Source of the DNA: Curvularia clavata | Lineage: Eukaryota | Direction of reading: 5' to 3' | Length of the DNA stretch: 64,000 bases | Assembly: GCA_023920165.1 (NCBI GenBank) | Contig: CP089279.1 | Span: 1,922,001 to 1,986,000 of the forward strand | Shown: one piece after another, positions 35,401-47,745 of the stretch | Numbering within the stretch: position 1 is the first letter of the stretch | Layout: each line of letters starts with the position of its first letter | Position numbers and translations under genes: made by a program | The notes under the pieces: model-generated | Database searches by the model: none | What the model was told of the DNA's origin: nothing | Seen by the model: the letters and a program-made list of their open reading frames with translations, nothing else

Positions 35401-38400
35401 CGCCGCAACCAAAGCAGCGCAGCGGCACCACAAGCGGAAGAGATGGATACCGCCAGCTTCTTCGCATCTCTGGACCCCAACCTGCGCGCTGCTGTTCTTA
35501 TGGATACAGATGAGGAAACTCTACGACAGCTTCCGCCAGAGCTCTCTGCGGAAGCTCGAGCAATGGGAGGTGACCGCCGTCTACACCAGTTCAACGAGTT
35601 TGGGTACAGACGTGGCGACCGTCGCAGTCAGCCGGAAGATCCAAACCAGAAGAAGAAGGCCCGTCCCTGTGTGCAGATGCTTGACAAAGCAGGTGTTGCA
35701 ACCCTCCTGCGGCTTATGTTCATTCCTCAACAGGGCAGCGCCAAGGGCAGTCTCAGCTCCATTCTACGTTATGTCTGCGAGAACCGCCAGAACCGTGCAG
35801 AAGTCATTAGCATTTTGCTGTCCATCCTTCAAGATGGTAGCGCTGATGTCAACGCCGTCGAGCGCAGCTTTGCTCAGCTCTCGATAAGAGCCAAGCAGCC
35901 TCAGCAACCTGCGGAGAAGACACCAAAGATCTCTCGCAAAAACGGTGCTCTGTCCATCAATGCGGATGTGTCTCCACTTATGGTGGTTCAGCAATGTCTC
36001 AACACCCTCACTCAATTGACCGAGAAAAACCCTGCTGTATGGTCTTTCTTCTTGACTGAACACGAGACTGGGGTCGGCTTCAAGAACCGCGCCAGTCGCA
36101 AGGGCAAGGCGAAGGAGAGCAAAGCGAACAAGTACCCCGTCAATGCACTACTCACTCTGCTAGATCGTAAGCTCATTGTTGAGAGCTCTTCTATCATGGA
36201 GCAATTGACCACGCTACTCAAGGTCATCACGGCTCCACTGCAAGCTCTCAAGAAGGAAAAGGAGAAGGCTGTTGAAGAGGCGAACAAGACCGCTGAAAGC
36301 TCAGCAGAAGGCCAAAACACTGAGGACCAGCCCACTCAAGCCTCACCTACTGGGCGTGCTCCAGGTCAAGACACTGAAATGATATCTGCACCCGACTCTA
36401 GCACTCAGCAGGCATCTGCTGCTACCGAGGGCAATGCTTCCAAATCTGACGCCTTAAGAGCTGAGGACGACAAGAGCAAGAAGCACAAGTCTTTGACGCC
36501 GCCAGATGTACCAGAGGCCAACCTTCGACTCGTGGCCAAGATACTCGCAGCACGAGAATGCAACAGCAAGGTTTTCCAGGAGACATTGTCTGTCATCAGC
36601 AACCTATCGCCAATCCCGGGAGCAAAGGAGATCTTCGGTCAAGAATTACTTGGAATTGCAAAGGATTTAGCAAGCTCAACACTCCGTGATCTTGCCAGCC
36701 TGACAGTCCAGGTTTCAAAAGCAAGCTCCTCCACTGATGTCCAAGGCATAGCTCTCGCCAAGTTCTCACCCGCAAGCTCCGACCAAACCAAGCTGCTAAG
36801 AGCCTTGACTGCGCTTGATTATCTCTTTGATCCCTCGCGCGATAATAAAGACAAACCCGAAGCTGCAGCAGAGGCGCTAGAGCCAGCCCAAAAAGAAGAC
36901 ATCCTCTTGACGCTGTACGAGGATGCTGCCTTTGCTCCTCTTTGGGAAAAGCTCAGCGAGTGTCTCACTGTCATCCGCCAACGCGGTAACATGCTCAACA
37001 TTGCTACAACTCTGCTGCCTCTCATCGAGTCCCTCATGGTCGTCTGTAAGAACACCACGCTGAAGGATGCACCATTGTCCAAGATGCTTCCCAAGGAATT
37101 TACACTGTCGAGCCCGCCACCCGAGAACAAGATGGAGAATCTGTTCTTCAACTTCACGGAAGAGCATCGCAAGATATTGAACGATCTTGTTCGCCAAAAC
37201 CCTAAGCTGATGAGCGGTACCTTCTCGCTGCTTGTGAAGAACTCCAAGGTCCTAGAATTTGACAATAAGCGCAACTACTTCAACCGGAAGCTTCATTCCC
37301 GTGGTGGCGACCGACAAGCCCATCCACCATTGCAGCTTTCTGTTCGCCGAGACCAAGTCTTCTTGGATTCTTTCAAGTCCCTCTATTTCAAATCAGCTGA
37401 TGAGATGAAGTATGGAAAGCTCAGCATCCGCTTCCATGGCGAAGAAGGTGTCGACGCTGGTGGTGTTACTCGTGAATGGTTCCAGTCAATTTCTCGCCAG
37501 ATGTTCAACCCGGATTACGCTCTCTTCGTGCCTGTCGCATCCGATCGCACAACTTTCCACCCGAACCGACTGAGCTCCATCAACCCCGAACATTTGATGT
37601 TCTTCAAGTTCATCGGCCGCATCATTGGAAAAGCGCTTTACGAGGGCCGTGTCCTGGATTGCCATTTCAGCCGAGCTGTGTACAAGCAAATCATGGGCAA
37701 GCAGGTCAGCCTCAAGGACATGGAGACGCTCGATCTCGAATACTACAAGTCTTTGGAATGGATGATTCACAACGACATCACGGACATTATCACGGAAACC
37801 TTCTCCGTGGAAGTAGAAGCCTTTGGCGAAATGCAGACGGTTGATCTGATCGAGAACGGTCGCAACATTCCGGTGACTGAAGACAACAAACACGAATACG
37901 TTCGCCTTGTCACTGAACATCGCCTCCTTGGTGCTGTTCAAGAACAACTGGAACATTTCCTCAAGGGCTTCCACGACATTGTCCCTGCAGAGCTTGTTTC
38001 TATTTTCAGCGAACAGGAACTCGAGCTTCTCATTTCCGGTCTGCCTGACATCAATGTTGACGACTGGAAGAACAACACCGAATACCACAACTACACGGCT
38101 GCCTCGCCGCAAATTCAATGGTTCTGGCGCGCAGTGCGAACATTCGAGAAGGAAGAGCAGGCCAAGTTGCTTCAGTTTGTCACTGGTACCAGCAAAGTGC
38201 CCCTGAACGGATTCAAGGAACTCGAGGGCATGAATGGATTTTCCAAGTTCAACATCCATCGCGATTATGGCAGCAAGGATCGCCTACCATCCAGTCATAC
38301 TTGCTTTAATCGTAAGTCAACTTCTCCGGTTTTTATTGAATACATGCTAAATAATCTGCAGAGCTGGATCTTCCTGAGTATGAGACATATGAAGATCTCA

Positions 38401-38456
38401 GGAAAGCCCTTTATACCGCCATGACTGCTGGTGGCGAGTACTTTGGCTTTGCCTAG
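26458..38456 (+). CDS. TOM1: HECT E3 ubiquitin ligase Tom1/HUWE1
   Basis: About 4000 aa. DUF908/913-type N-terminus (WPFPRGDAYHWIPALDRFD), acidic tract, UBM repeats (YLDALPEDLREEVL) and HECT domain (GVDAGGVTREWF...SHTCFN). Intron 38312-38361 restores QLDLPEY...EYFGFA* (stop 38454-38456). Probable 51-nt intron at 33971-34021. Confidence 0.97.
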
Positions 38457-38961
38457 ACGTCTCGATTGCACGTTGTCTTTCAAAAGCCCTTCTTGGCTCA
38501 AACGAAAGTTCATCTATAACAGTGCTTTTCTGATACATTATTACAATAGGTTGCATTGCAGGCGCAGGAAGGTGTGTATGGGATATACCTACGATAGGGT
38601 GGAGGAAGGCGCATGAGTATTGGTATGAGAAGATCGGTCAACCTTGCTCCACTTCTGTACGAGTAGAAAACTTGGGAGGGTCGGCGAGATAAGGAACGAA
38701 CAGATGAGTACTTGAGAGAATTGTCGAGCTGATGGGAGACTGGGAGTGCAGGCCCGGTCTTTCTGATGTAAGACGGATTTTGATTGGATTGGTACGGAGT
38801 CGTATCTAATTTTTTTTCCTTCGATACCAGACTCTGGTAGTAAATAGATAGTTCAAATGGCCTATTTTCCAGTTTAACTTTGGTTCCTTTGGTCATGAAT
38901 CATGCTATGTATCCGAGTGTCATCAAGCTAATTCATGAGCACTCCTGAACCATGCACCTCA

Positions 38962-40238
38962 TCAATACTCGAACGTCGCTGGCCCCTGCTCCTCGAACTC
39001 GGTCTCAAAAGGTGGCTCCGCCTGAGGCGTTATTCTCGCCAGGTGTCTGCGTGCTCCGTCCTCCCAGTCCAGCAGCGCAGAGTGTGCAGTCACACGATTA
39101 TCCCACACCACCACCGTTCGAGGCGCCCACTTGACGCGGACCTGAAAATCCTGACCTTTGGCGATATGGTCGTAGAGAAAGTTGAGGAGGTAGTCGCTTT
39201 CTTCTTTTTTGAAGCCGACAACGCGCCGGCTGAACTGGGGGTTCACGAAGAGCGCTTTTTCGCCGGTTGCAGGGTGCGTGCGTACGAGCGGGTGGATAGA
39301 GGTTACGGGATCCCGCCGAACAATGCCGCCGCGGAGTTTGCTTGTTTCGGCTTGTTCGATGGCTGGGGTTATGGTCAGTTGGGTTTCCTTCTAACGTTTC
39401 CTTCTTTCTCTCTTTCTCTGTTTTCACGCCGCTTCAATGTACTCACCAGAATGTACGACCTTCAGTCCATGGAGTCGCTTCCTGAACTCTGGTGACAACC
39501 TCTTATATGCTATGACCTGGTTCGCGAATAACGTGTCGCCGCCTGCCTCAGGTCCGTCAAGAATATACAAGAATGTCGTTCCTGGGGGCTGCTTTTCGTA
39601 CGTTACATCGGAATGCCATGTAACCGAATTCGTCCGCTCCTCGAAGAAGTCGTGTGCAGTGGTATCGTCACTGCCCCGATGTACGAGGTGCACTTCAGGG
39701 TGCCCTTCTGGAGCACCAGAGATGGGATGGATGTGGTGACGGCCAAAGTAGCCACCGATGTCTAGGGCATCTTTGATAGGGATGTCGGCGAAGTCCTGGT
39801 CGCGGAAGACGACGACCTTCTTCTGGGCAACAAAGAGAGCGAGTTCATCTTTTTGTGCAGAGTTTAAACTGCTGAGTTGGACGCCATGGACCTCAGCACC
39901 AGTATTTGCGGTTAGGTTAGAGACCGTGGCGTCCTTGAGGAGGTTGGGAAAGGAAGGGTCTGCGTCTTTGCCATGTTCAATGTGAGTAAATGGTTCCAGA
40001 GGTGGATATCTGATACGAGTGAGTTTTGAAGAAAAATCACGGAATTAGGAAGGGCGCACTTTTGTCCCTTTTCGTTGTCCCACGTTGGCAGATAATGGGG
40101 ATATTTTGAAGGCGCGTGCCTGTCACTGCCGTGCAGCTCGAGGTCTTTGCGATAGAACTGGGGACCTCTGAAGCCAAATTCTTTGTATGGTCCAATACCA
40201 GACTTATACTCGGTAGTTTCATGTAGAACTGGTGCCAT
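38962..40238 (-). CDS. TauD/Jlp1-family Fe(II)/2-oxoglutarate sulfonate dioxygenase
   Basis: Introns 40010-40059 and 39363-39446. Motifs KKVVVFRDQ, WHSDVTYE (HxD), GGDTLFA, HPLVRTHP.TGEKALFVN and WDNRVTAH...R. Confidence 0.93.
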
Positions 40239-40388
40239 GTCGCTCTAGTAACAAAAAGACAGTCTTGTTAAGCACACTGCCAGTACCTTGTGCGACCATG
40301 CCGCATCGTTTTATGTAGGTTCTTATACACGTCAAGGGCAAATTAAGCATGCCTATAATGAGTCTACGGCTTCCGTCTCCCATCTGCG

Positions 40389-40841
40389 ATGACACAATCT
40401 GCAGCCACTAAAGGATGAGATCTAACAGCAACCCCACTAGAACCATCGCGGCATGAACGTGATCGACGCCCGTTCCATTCAATCATAACGCGATAACATC
40501 GCATCAAAAATGGAGTGTATTGCTCAATCCTGGTCACTAGATACAAGCTAGACAAAATAGGCAAAAGCTCGCTCAACATATGCGCGCTTCGCAGCAGGTA
40601 AGACCCCGCCTTGTCTTGGGCAAATGTCTCTATACAGACGTCAATCCATCACCCGCCCGCCCGCACGATCGGCACGAATCCCTGAGGGGAAGATGGCACT
40701 GCATACGGCAAATGAGGCAGCCAATTGGGGTCGGTTTGATGCTGATGGAATATAGTGAACCCCATTCGGATACGAGTCTCATGATCATTCCACGAGAATG
40801 CGACATTTGATGTAAGCTTTGCGTGCTCAAGCGACACGTGA
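40389..40841. promoter_or_regulatory. Candidate sulfur-regulon sites in the divergent TauD/MFS promoter
   Basis: ATGACACAAT (40389-40398) is a 9/10 match to the CYS-3/MetR consensus ATGRYRYCAT. TCACGTG on the - strand (40835-40841) is a Cbf1-type E-box. Confidence 0.35.
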
Positions 40842-41160
40842 TTGCACTTCAGTTTTGAGCAACACAGGATTTAAAACCTAGCAGTAGGACTCATCTGAAA
40901 AGCGAAACACGATAGCTAGGAATGTCACGTCGGTAGTTGAACAAGATGGCCCTACTTACATCTCCCCAAACCTTAATCAACTTGAAAACAGGGTCCTCGG
41001 AGAAGGCTTCGGGCCGAATCCTGGAGTCAACATTATCGTACCATGGGCTTCCTGGCAAGCAAAAATTGCTCTGATATAATGAGTCGTCGCCTATAATGAC
41101 AATTAGTGAAGTGAAAACCCTCTTTCCTCCAGTCTTGGGTGGAGAGTTGTGTGCTCGAGA

Positions 41161-42907
41161 ATGGCCCTCACATGCCCGCTTGATCACAAAGCCAACTCTG
41201 CTATCACAGCAAGTGCCAGTAATAGTGAGAAAGAGACCCAGAATGGAGGGCCCAAGGAAAATTTCGGTTCAACGTTTGTCACAGAAGGCCTTGCCAAGGA
41301 CCACTACAAACCCGTAAATAACTATGAGGGCATTCATCGATATGACCCAGACTTTGAATGGGAGCATGCAGAGGAAAAGCGCGTCTTACGCAAGGTAGAT
41401 ATCGAGCTCATGGTCTTTAAGTGGAAAAAGCCATACTGATACGCAACAGATCGACATGCGCATCATGACTTGGGTGTGTCTTATGTTCTTTTCCCTTCAA
41501 CTCGACCGAGGGAATATCTCCCAAGCTCTTAGCGACAACATGCTCGATGATCTTCACCTCAATACCAACGACTACAACTACGGCCAAACCATCTTCTATC
41601 TCTGCTTCTTGTTTGCCGAGCTCCCATCACAACTCATCAGTAAAAAGCTTGGGCCCGACAACTGGATTCCCGTTCAAATCATATTGTGGAGCTTAGTTAG
41701 CTGCTGCCAGGCTTTTCTTACTGGTCGCAAATCCTTCTTTGCTTGTCGAGGTGTACTGGGGATGTTAGAAGGCGGTTTCATTCCCGATATTATTCTTTAC
41801 TCTAGTTATTTCTACACAGGGCCTGAACTACCTCGCCGGATGTCTGTATTTAGCACGATTCCCTTCGCGACGAATATCATCGCGGCCTTTATCGCGTTTG
41901 GTCTCTTACGTCTCCGTGGATACAATGGAATGGAGGGCTGGAGATGGCTGTTCGCTGTCGAGGGATTAATCACGGGATGTATTGGTGTTGCATCGTGGTT
42001 TTACTTACCCGCGAGCCCGACTCAGACAGCGAGTAAGGCATGGAACCCCTTCCGAGGAGAGAATGGGTGGTTCGACGAGAGGGAAGAGAAGATTATGGTT
42101 AACCGAGTCTTAAGGGACGATCCAAGCAAGGGTGATATGCACAACCGCCAGGGGCTGAGCATCCAAATGTTGTGGGAATGCATGAAGGATTATCATATGA
42201 TGCCAATTTACCTGATTGGCCTGACCTGGTTTGTACCAAGTCAGCCTTCGAGTGCGTACCTTACACTTCAACTCAGATCGCTAGGATTCAACACGTTTGA
42301 AACCAATTTACTGACGGTAATTAAAGCCTTCTGTATGACTGTTAGTGACGCTGACAATGTGTAGATACCGGCGTTTGTTATTATAATCATTCAGATGCTC
42401 TTTTGGACCTGGGTGGCAGAGCGTTTGAACCAACGTTTTTTCGTCACTCTCATCTCCCAGGTCTGGGCCCTGCCGCTTCTCATTGCCCTCGAAGTCTTGC
42501 CTGCGAATACATCTCACTGGTCGCGTTGGGTGCTGTCTACAATGCTTGTCGGAGGCCCATTTGTTCATCCCACCTTCATGGGAATCACATCGCGCAACGC
42601 CGGCACGGTGCGTACTCGGACCGTCGCTTCGGCAATCTACAACATGACTTTCCAAGCCAGTACAATTATCTCTCAAAACGTATACCGACAGGATGATAAA
42701 CCGCTGTATCGGAGAGGTAACAAAATTTTGATAGCCATCTGCGCATACAATTTCTTACTATTCTTGGGCGCGAAGCAGTACTATGTGGTTGTAAACAGGA
42801 GAAGAGCGCGTGTCTGGGATAGCATGACAAAACGGGAGAAGGAGGTGTATTTGCAAACCACAAAGGACCAAGGAAATAGCCGGCTCGAATTCCGTTTTGC
42901 GCACTGA
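41161..42907 (+). CDS. MFS transporter, Dal5/anion:cation symporter family (Soa1-like)
   Basis: Introns 41395-41449 and 42317-42364. Motifs EEKRVLRKID, LQLDRGNISQA, ELPSQLISKKLG, EGWRWLFAVEG, NAGTVRTRT and C-terminal FRFAH. Confidence 0.92.
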
Positions 42908-43179
42908 ATGGTGGAGAAATGCGTTGGCAACCAGGTAGACTGCCAAAAGGTATCGTAGAACGACGACCTTCGCTTGGGTGGATTCGTGTCAACAGCATAA
43001 TGAATATTCTTTTCGGTATCTAAATTGTGACTTAGAGATATACTTGGAGTAAAAGAACGGCAGTAGCGCAAATTCGCATGTCCCTGGAAGGCACTAATGA
43101 AACATTGTTTCAAAGCAAAGTCTTTTCCACATCAAGCTTAGATTCCCTTTTGTTTTCCCAAAACTTCAAGCTTTGCCGG

Positions 43180-44479
43180 TTAAACAGAAGCTTCCTCGTC
43201 CTCGGGCTCCCCAGCTGCGTTCTCCACATTCGCCATTAAGATCCCATCCCTACACAAGAATCCAACATCTGCTCGAACTTTTCCATGAATATCCTCATCT
43301 TTCTCTCCCGCCTTATTTTCTTGATCGATTGCAGCAGCCATAGCATCCACGTCTCCACCAAAAGTCTCCCTGAGTCTTGTTTCGCAAGGCGTACATAACT
43401 TCAGCCCACAACCATCGGTTTCTCCCTCACCTGTCCAAAGGGACTCTTGTCGTTGACAGCAGGCATATGTTGCAGGCGAAAAGCACATTGAACACCATCG
43501 TTGAAGCTGTTCTTTGATCATATGAGGTGTTTCCTGTGTGAGCAAGTCCTCCAGCGCCTCTGCGAAGTCCAACGTACTCGGATTTACAGGGCGGATGTCA
43601 TGATTCTCACAACAAGCAATCTGCGCCCTTCCTAGCATTAAAGTTAGCCAAGTTGCTTCTCAAGGTGCAGGCGAACTTTGAACATACCCATTGTACAACC
43701 CTGGCACATGATGGTTGTAGTCTCGGCTCCTACGCCATTTAACGGAGTGAACCCCAGTCCATTGTCCCAGCGGATGCAGTGAATTTCCTTCTCAAAGGAT
43801 CCGACAAGGCCATAAGTAGGCAACTCGCAGAAGTGGCAGTCTGTTGTAGTGCCTTCGACGCCAAATTCAATAGGATGCGTGAAGCTGGTTTTGATCTTAG
43901 TCACCACACCCTTATGCCCGGCACTATCCTCTAGCACTTCTGGACTTGGCGAGCGCGATAGCTGCATTTGTACTCTTAAGTCTTCTAGATCTTCCAAGTA
44001 CTCAAAGTCTTCCTTGGTAAGATATTCCTCAGGTCGAAGAGGGTTTATAGGCCTGCGAGTTCTCGCCCAAGATTTGTTAGCTTCGTGAGATTTCACGATA
44101 GGAGCTTTGCGACCAGGTTTCTTTTGAGAGGAAGGAATGAAGCTTTGCTGCTTAGTCTGGGGTTTTAATTTGTTCCTGTTGTACTTGCGGCGTCGAGACT
44201 TAGACTGGTTGCTCTTCTCAACTTTCTCTTCCTCTTCTGGGTCCAAGTTACCTTCCTCTTCTGGGTCGAAATTTCCAGATTTATCCTCGTCATACATGCG
44301 ATCATAAGTGCGAGGGTCCCCTTGCTCAGTTCTTTTGCGTAGATCGTAGGCAGGCTAGGTAGTGCAATTAGTATGCGGCTCACGAGACATACGGAAGCAC
44401 TTACTTGCGTATCAGGAATCTCATCTTCGGATGGTGGGATGTCATCGATATCCATTGAATTCATGCTTCCGTTATCCAT
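43180..44479 (-). CDS. Hypothetical protein with C-terminal Cys clusters (putative Zn-binding); 5' end uncertain
   Basis: Introns 44355-44404 and 43632-43687 join three ORFs in frame. Motifs CHFC, CQGC, CCENH, WCSMCFSPATYACC, GCGLKLCTPC and RADVGFL. Confidence 0.72.
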
Positions 44480-45757
44480 TACATCAGCGCCGCGCAGGAC
44501 AAGATTATATGCGAGCCCAAAGTCGGAAGTAAGGTCGGTGGCTATTTTGTAGAGTTTTAGACTGTTGGAAGCTGGGGGGCTGAGGAAATGATGGTCACAT
44601 CATGTGTATAATATCTAAGCACCATACAGTTAGACAAGACCAATAGGACCGTTAGTAGCTTGGGGCGGTGAGGTGAAATGTTGTGTGTTCAAGTGAGAGA
44701 AATCAAGAAGATCACAGTGGAGCGCCATTGCATCTCCGATGACTGCAAGTAAAGTTGCGTGAAGTTCAACGTGTAGACAATTCCTCGCTTGCAAGAAGCA
44801 CAAGCACCAACGTCCCTGGATATAACTGCTGTATTCATGGCTCCAGAAGCGATGGTACGATACCCTGCTACCTCTTTCCGGGATTCTCATTCCCCCAATA
44901 GTGCACGGGATCCTACTTTTCAGTTGCTCGAGCGAAGGCTCGAGTGTCGCATGGTCTTTGCATGGCGGTAAGTAATCACTACCTATGACCTCATTAAACA
45001 GAATCTTTAGACATTCGCGTAAGATAGAACTCATGATATTCTTGTGAAAATATCTTGTCGAAACCACCTTTGTGGTCAAGAAAAATGGAACATTTGAGCG
45101 TACGTGGAGACTAAGAGCGCCCGTAACCGCCAACATCCTCTCCAATCGTTCAAAAAAGACCTCCGGTAGTAGCAACAAGTTTGACCATTCCAGTCACCGC
45201 TCACAGAAAACACGTCCCTACTACTTTTATGATCGTGTAAAAAGAACTCTCCAAACAGCAGCATGTCACGCAACAAACTCTACTGTGACTGCTAATGCAG
45301 CATCGCAAGGAAAGGAACCTCTTAGGAAATACCACCACGAAAGACAGCTTCGCAACCGACTCCTGCAATTATCATTTCAGCAATCTCGCGGGAGAAACTC
45401 TATAGAACATCTGGCGTCGACAATTTTAGAATTGATAAGCACCGTCCGGTAACTATATGCAGTAAAAAAACCAACACGTAACTTTGCACCTCAACAAGGG
45501 CCCCTGCTATGGTGAGCCAGCATACTTGACGTGTCGTAAAATATTCCAGGTAGCGACATCATCTCTACCAGGTAGCATTTGTCCGGCAGTTCCTGTTGAG
45601 GAGAGTAATCCACGGTATGGGTAAAATATTGCTCTTGGTACCGGACGTGTCACTTTAGAACTACACGAGATTTCATCGACAACAGATATCTGTGGAGTTT
45701 GCAATATCAACCTAGGGACTTCATATTAAAACTCGCTGTTAGGTTATTGTGAACTTA

Positions 45758-45806
45758 ACGTGCGCCACCAGTAAGCGGCCCACCCCAGTAAGTGGCCCAC
45801 CCCACC
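45758..45806 (+). repeat. Left TIR of the Fot1-like element
   Basis: ACGTGCGCCACCAGTAAGCGGCCCACCCCAGTAAGTGGCCCACCCCACC, containing two internal CCAGTAAGYGGCCCACCCC units. Confidence 0.97.
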
Positions 45807-45839
45807 CAACCTGACACGACTCTCCACACAATCACCACA

Positions 45840-47477
45840 ATGCCGCGACAACAACGCTCTATACAGACCTCTCGTGAAGCTAGAGTACTTCTAGCATCTC
45901 GTGCGCTTCAAGAGAAACGTGTAATAAGCCAGCGTCAGGCTGCTATGCTATACGACGCTCCACGAACGACGCTCCGACGACGTCTCCGCGGTACCCAGCC
46001 GCGATCAGAGACAGCCTCTGTCAATCGCAAGCTATCGCCAATTGAAGAGCAGTCTCTTGTTCAATGGATTCTAGAGCTAGATCGACGAGGCTTTCCACCC
46101 CATATCATCGACGTGCGACGAATGGCAGACGCTCTACTCGCCGCGCGTGGCCAAGATCCACCTCCACCACCTGTTGGTAAGAACTGGGTATCGCGCTTTA
46201 TCCAAAGCCAGCCAGAGCTTCAGACAAAGTGGACTAGACGATTGCATAGTCAGCGCGCCTCCTGCGAGGATCCTGCTATAATCGCAGCGTGGTTTAAGCT
46301 AGTAGAGGAGACGCGCCAGACGTACGGCGTTCTTGACCAGGATATCTACAACTTTGACGAGACTGGATTCGCTATGGGCGTCGCTGCAACGTCAAAAGTC
46401 GTAACTAGCTCTGATAGAGTCGGCCGCGCAGTCGTTATACAGCCAGGTAATCGCGAGTGGGTGACAGTAATCGAGTGTGTTAGCGCGTCTGGCTGGTCTC
46501 TACCACCGTTCATAATCTTGTCTGGTAAAGTCCATCAGAGCAGCTGGTACCGCGACCTCCCACTCGACTGGACTGTCGGCGTGTCAGACAACGGCTGGAC
46601 GACAGACGAGCTAGGCTTAGAGTGGGTGAAGCATTTCAATCAGCATACAGCGGCTCGGACAGCTGGAGTCTATCGACTTCTTATTGTAGACGGCCATAGT
46701 AGCCACGCCACGCCAGAGTTCGACCAGTACTGTACAGAGAACAAGATTATCACTCTCTGTATGCCGCCACATGCCTCCCATCTTCTCCAGCCTCTAGACG
46801 TGAGCTGCTACTCTCCTCTTAAGCGCGCGTACGGACGTCAGATTGAGGAGCTCGCCCGCCAAGGCGTCTACCATATTGACAAGACAGACTTCCTTACAGC
46901 CTATACACGGATCCGGCCGACTATATTTACGCAGCAGAATATCCAATCAGGCTTTCGGGCGACAGGTCTTGTCCCTTCTTGTCCAGATCGTGTTCTGTCG
47001 TCGCTAACTGTCGTCCGGACGCCGTCTCCACCACAGACAACTGTAGATGACAACGTTACAGCGCAGGCAGCTGCGCAGACAGAGACACCACATACAGTAG
47101 AGCAGCTTCAGCAGCAGGTGCGCTATCTCCAAGAGCGACTGCGGCGGCAGCCAGAGAGTCCAACAAGCCTTGCTATCCGCCAGCTTGCTAAGAGCGCTCA
47201 GCTTGCAATGCAATCAGCAGTAATACTCGCAGAGGAGAACAAAAAGCTACGTGAAGAAAATCAGCGCCAGCGACAAAAGCAGAATCAGCCGCGTCAATAT
47301 ATCGCTTCTGGTGGAGCTCTCCAGGTGCGACGGGCTCAGCAGCTTGCTGTAGAGGCAGAAAGGGTGGTTGTAGAGACTGAACAAGGTGAGAGCAGTCAGC
47401 GACGTCAGCGCGCGCCACCGACGTGCACAAAGTGCCACGTTCAAGGTCATACAAGAACTCAGTGTAGAGCTAGATAA
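45840..47477 (+). CDS. Fot1/pogo DD35D transposase
   Basis: N-terminal HTH domains, YNFDETG, LIVDGHSSH and LQPLDV (35 residues between the second and third Asp), coiled coil and CCHC knuckle CTKCHVQGHTRTQC. No stops or frameshifts. Confidence 0.96.
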   Translation: MPRQQRSIQTSREARVLLASRALQEKRVISQRQAAMLYDAPRTTLRRRLRGTQPRSETASVNRKLSPIEEQSLVQWILELDRRGFPPHIIDVRRMADALLAARGQDPPPPPVGKNWVSRFIQSQPELQTKWTRRLHSQRASCEDPAIIAAWFKLVEETRQTYGVLDQDIYNFDETGFAMGVAATSKVVTSSDRVGRAVVIQPGNREWVTVIECVSASGWSLPPFIILSGKVHQSSWYRDLPLDWTVGVSDNGWTTDELGLEWVKHFNQHTAARTAGVYRLLIVDGHSSHATPEFDQYCTENKIITLCMPPHASHLLQPLDVSCYSPLKRAYGRQIEELARQGVYHIDKTDFLTAYTRIRPTIFTQQNIQSGFRATGLVPSCPDRVLSSLTVVRTPSPPQTTVDDNVTAQAAAQTETPHTVEQLQQQVRYLQERLRRQPESPTSLAIRQLAKSAQLAMQSAVILAEENKKLREENQRQRQKQNQPRQYIASGGALQVRRAQQLAVEAERVVVETEQGESSQRRQRAPPTCTKCHVQGHTRTQCRAR

Positions 47478-47554
47478 TAAATTATATTTTTTAAGTTTTA
47501 TCTTATTTTATTACGTTGTTGTGGCTCAATTGCGCAGAACGTCAGGTCAAGTTT

Positions 47555-47603
47555 GGTGGGGTGGGCCACTTACTGGGGTGGGCCGCTTACTGGTGGCGCA
47601 CGT
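47555..47603 (-). repeat. Right TIR of the Fot1-like element
   Basis: Exact reverse complement of 45758-45806. Confidence 0.97.
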
Positions 47604-47745
47604 TACGATATCGGGTTACGTAATCCCGTGACGCGAACACAGACCACATGTAGGTAAATACGCTGCCGTCTGGAAGGCCTGGCTTCCCCACTACGCGTCC
47701 ATCCATGAAGCCCAACGATGCGCCCCGTCGCCCACTGAGGGCAGC

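Larger units (their letters stand above)
45758..47603 (+). mobile_element. Complete Fot1/pogo-type (Tc1-mariner superfamily) DNA transposon, 1846 bp
   Basis: Perfect 49-bp TIRs (45758-45806 and 47555-47603, starting ACGTGCGCCACCAGTAAG), TA on both flanks (45756-45757 and 47604-47605) and an intact transposase inside. Confidence 0.97.

Noticed and set aside
38312..38424. ORF-track C-terminus of TOM1 (RKSTSPVF...)
   Set aside because: Read-through of intron 38312-38361. Splicing restores the canonical HECT end.
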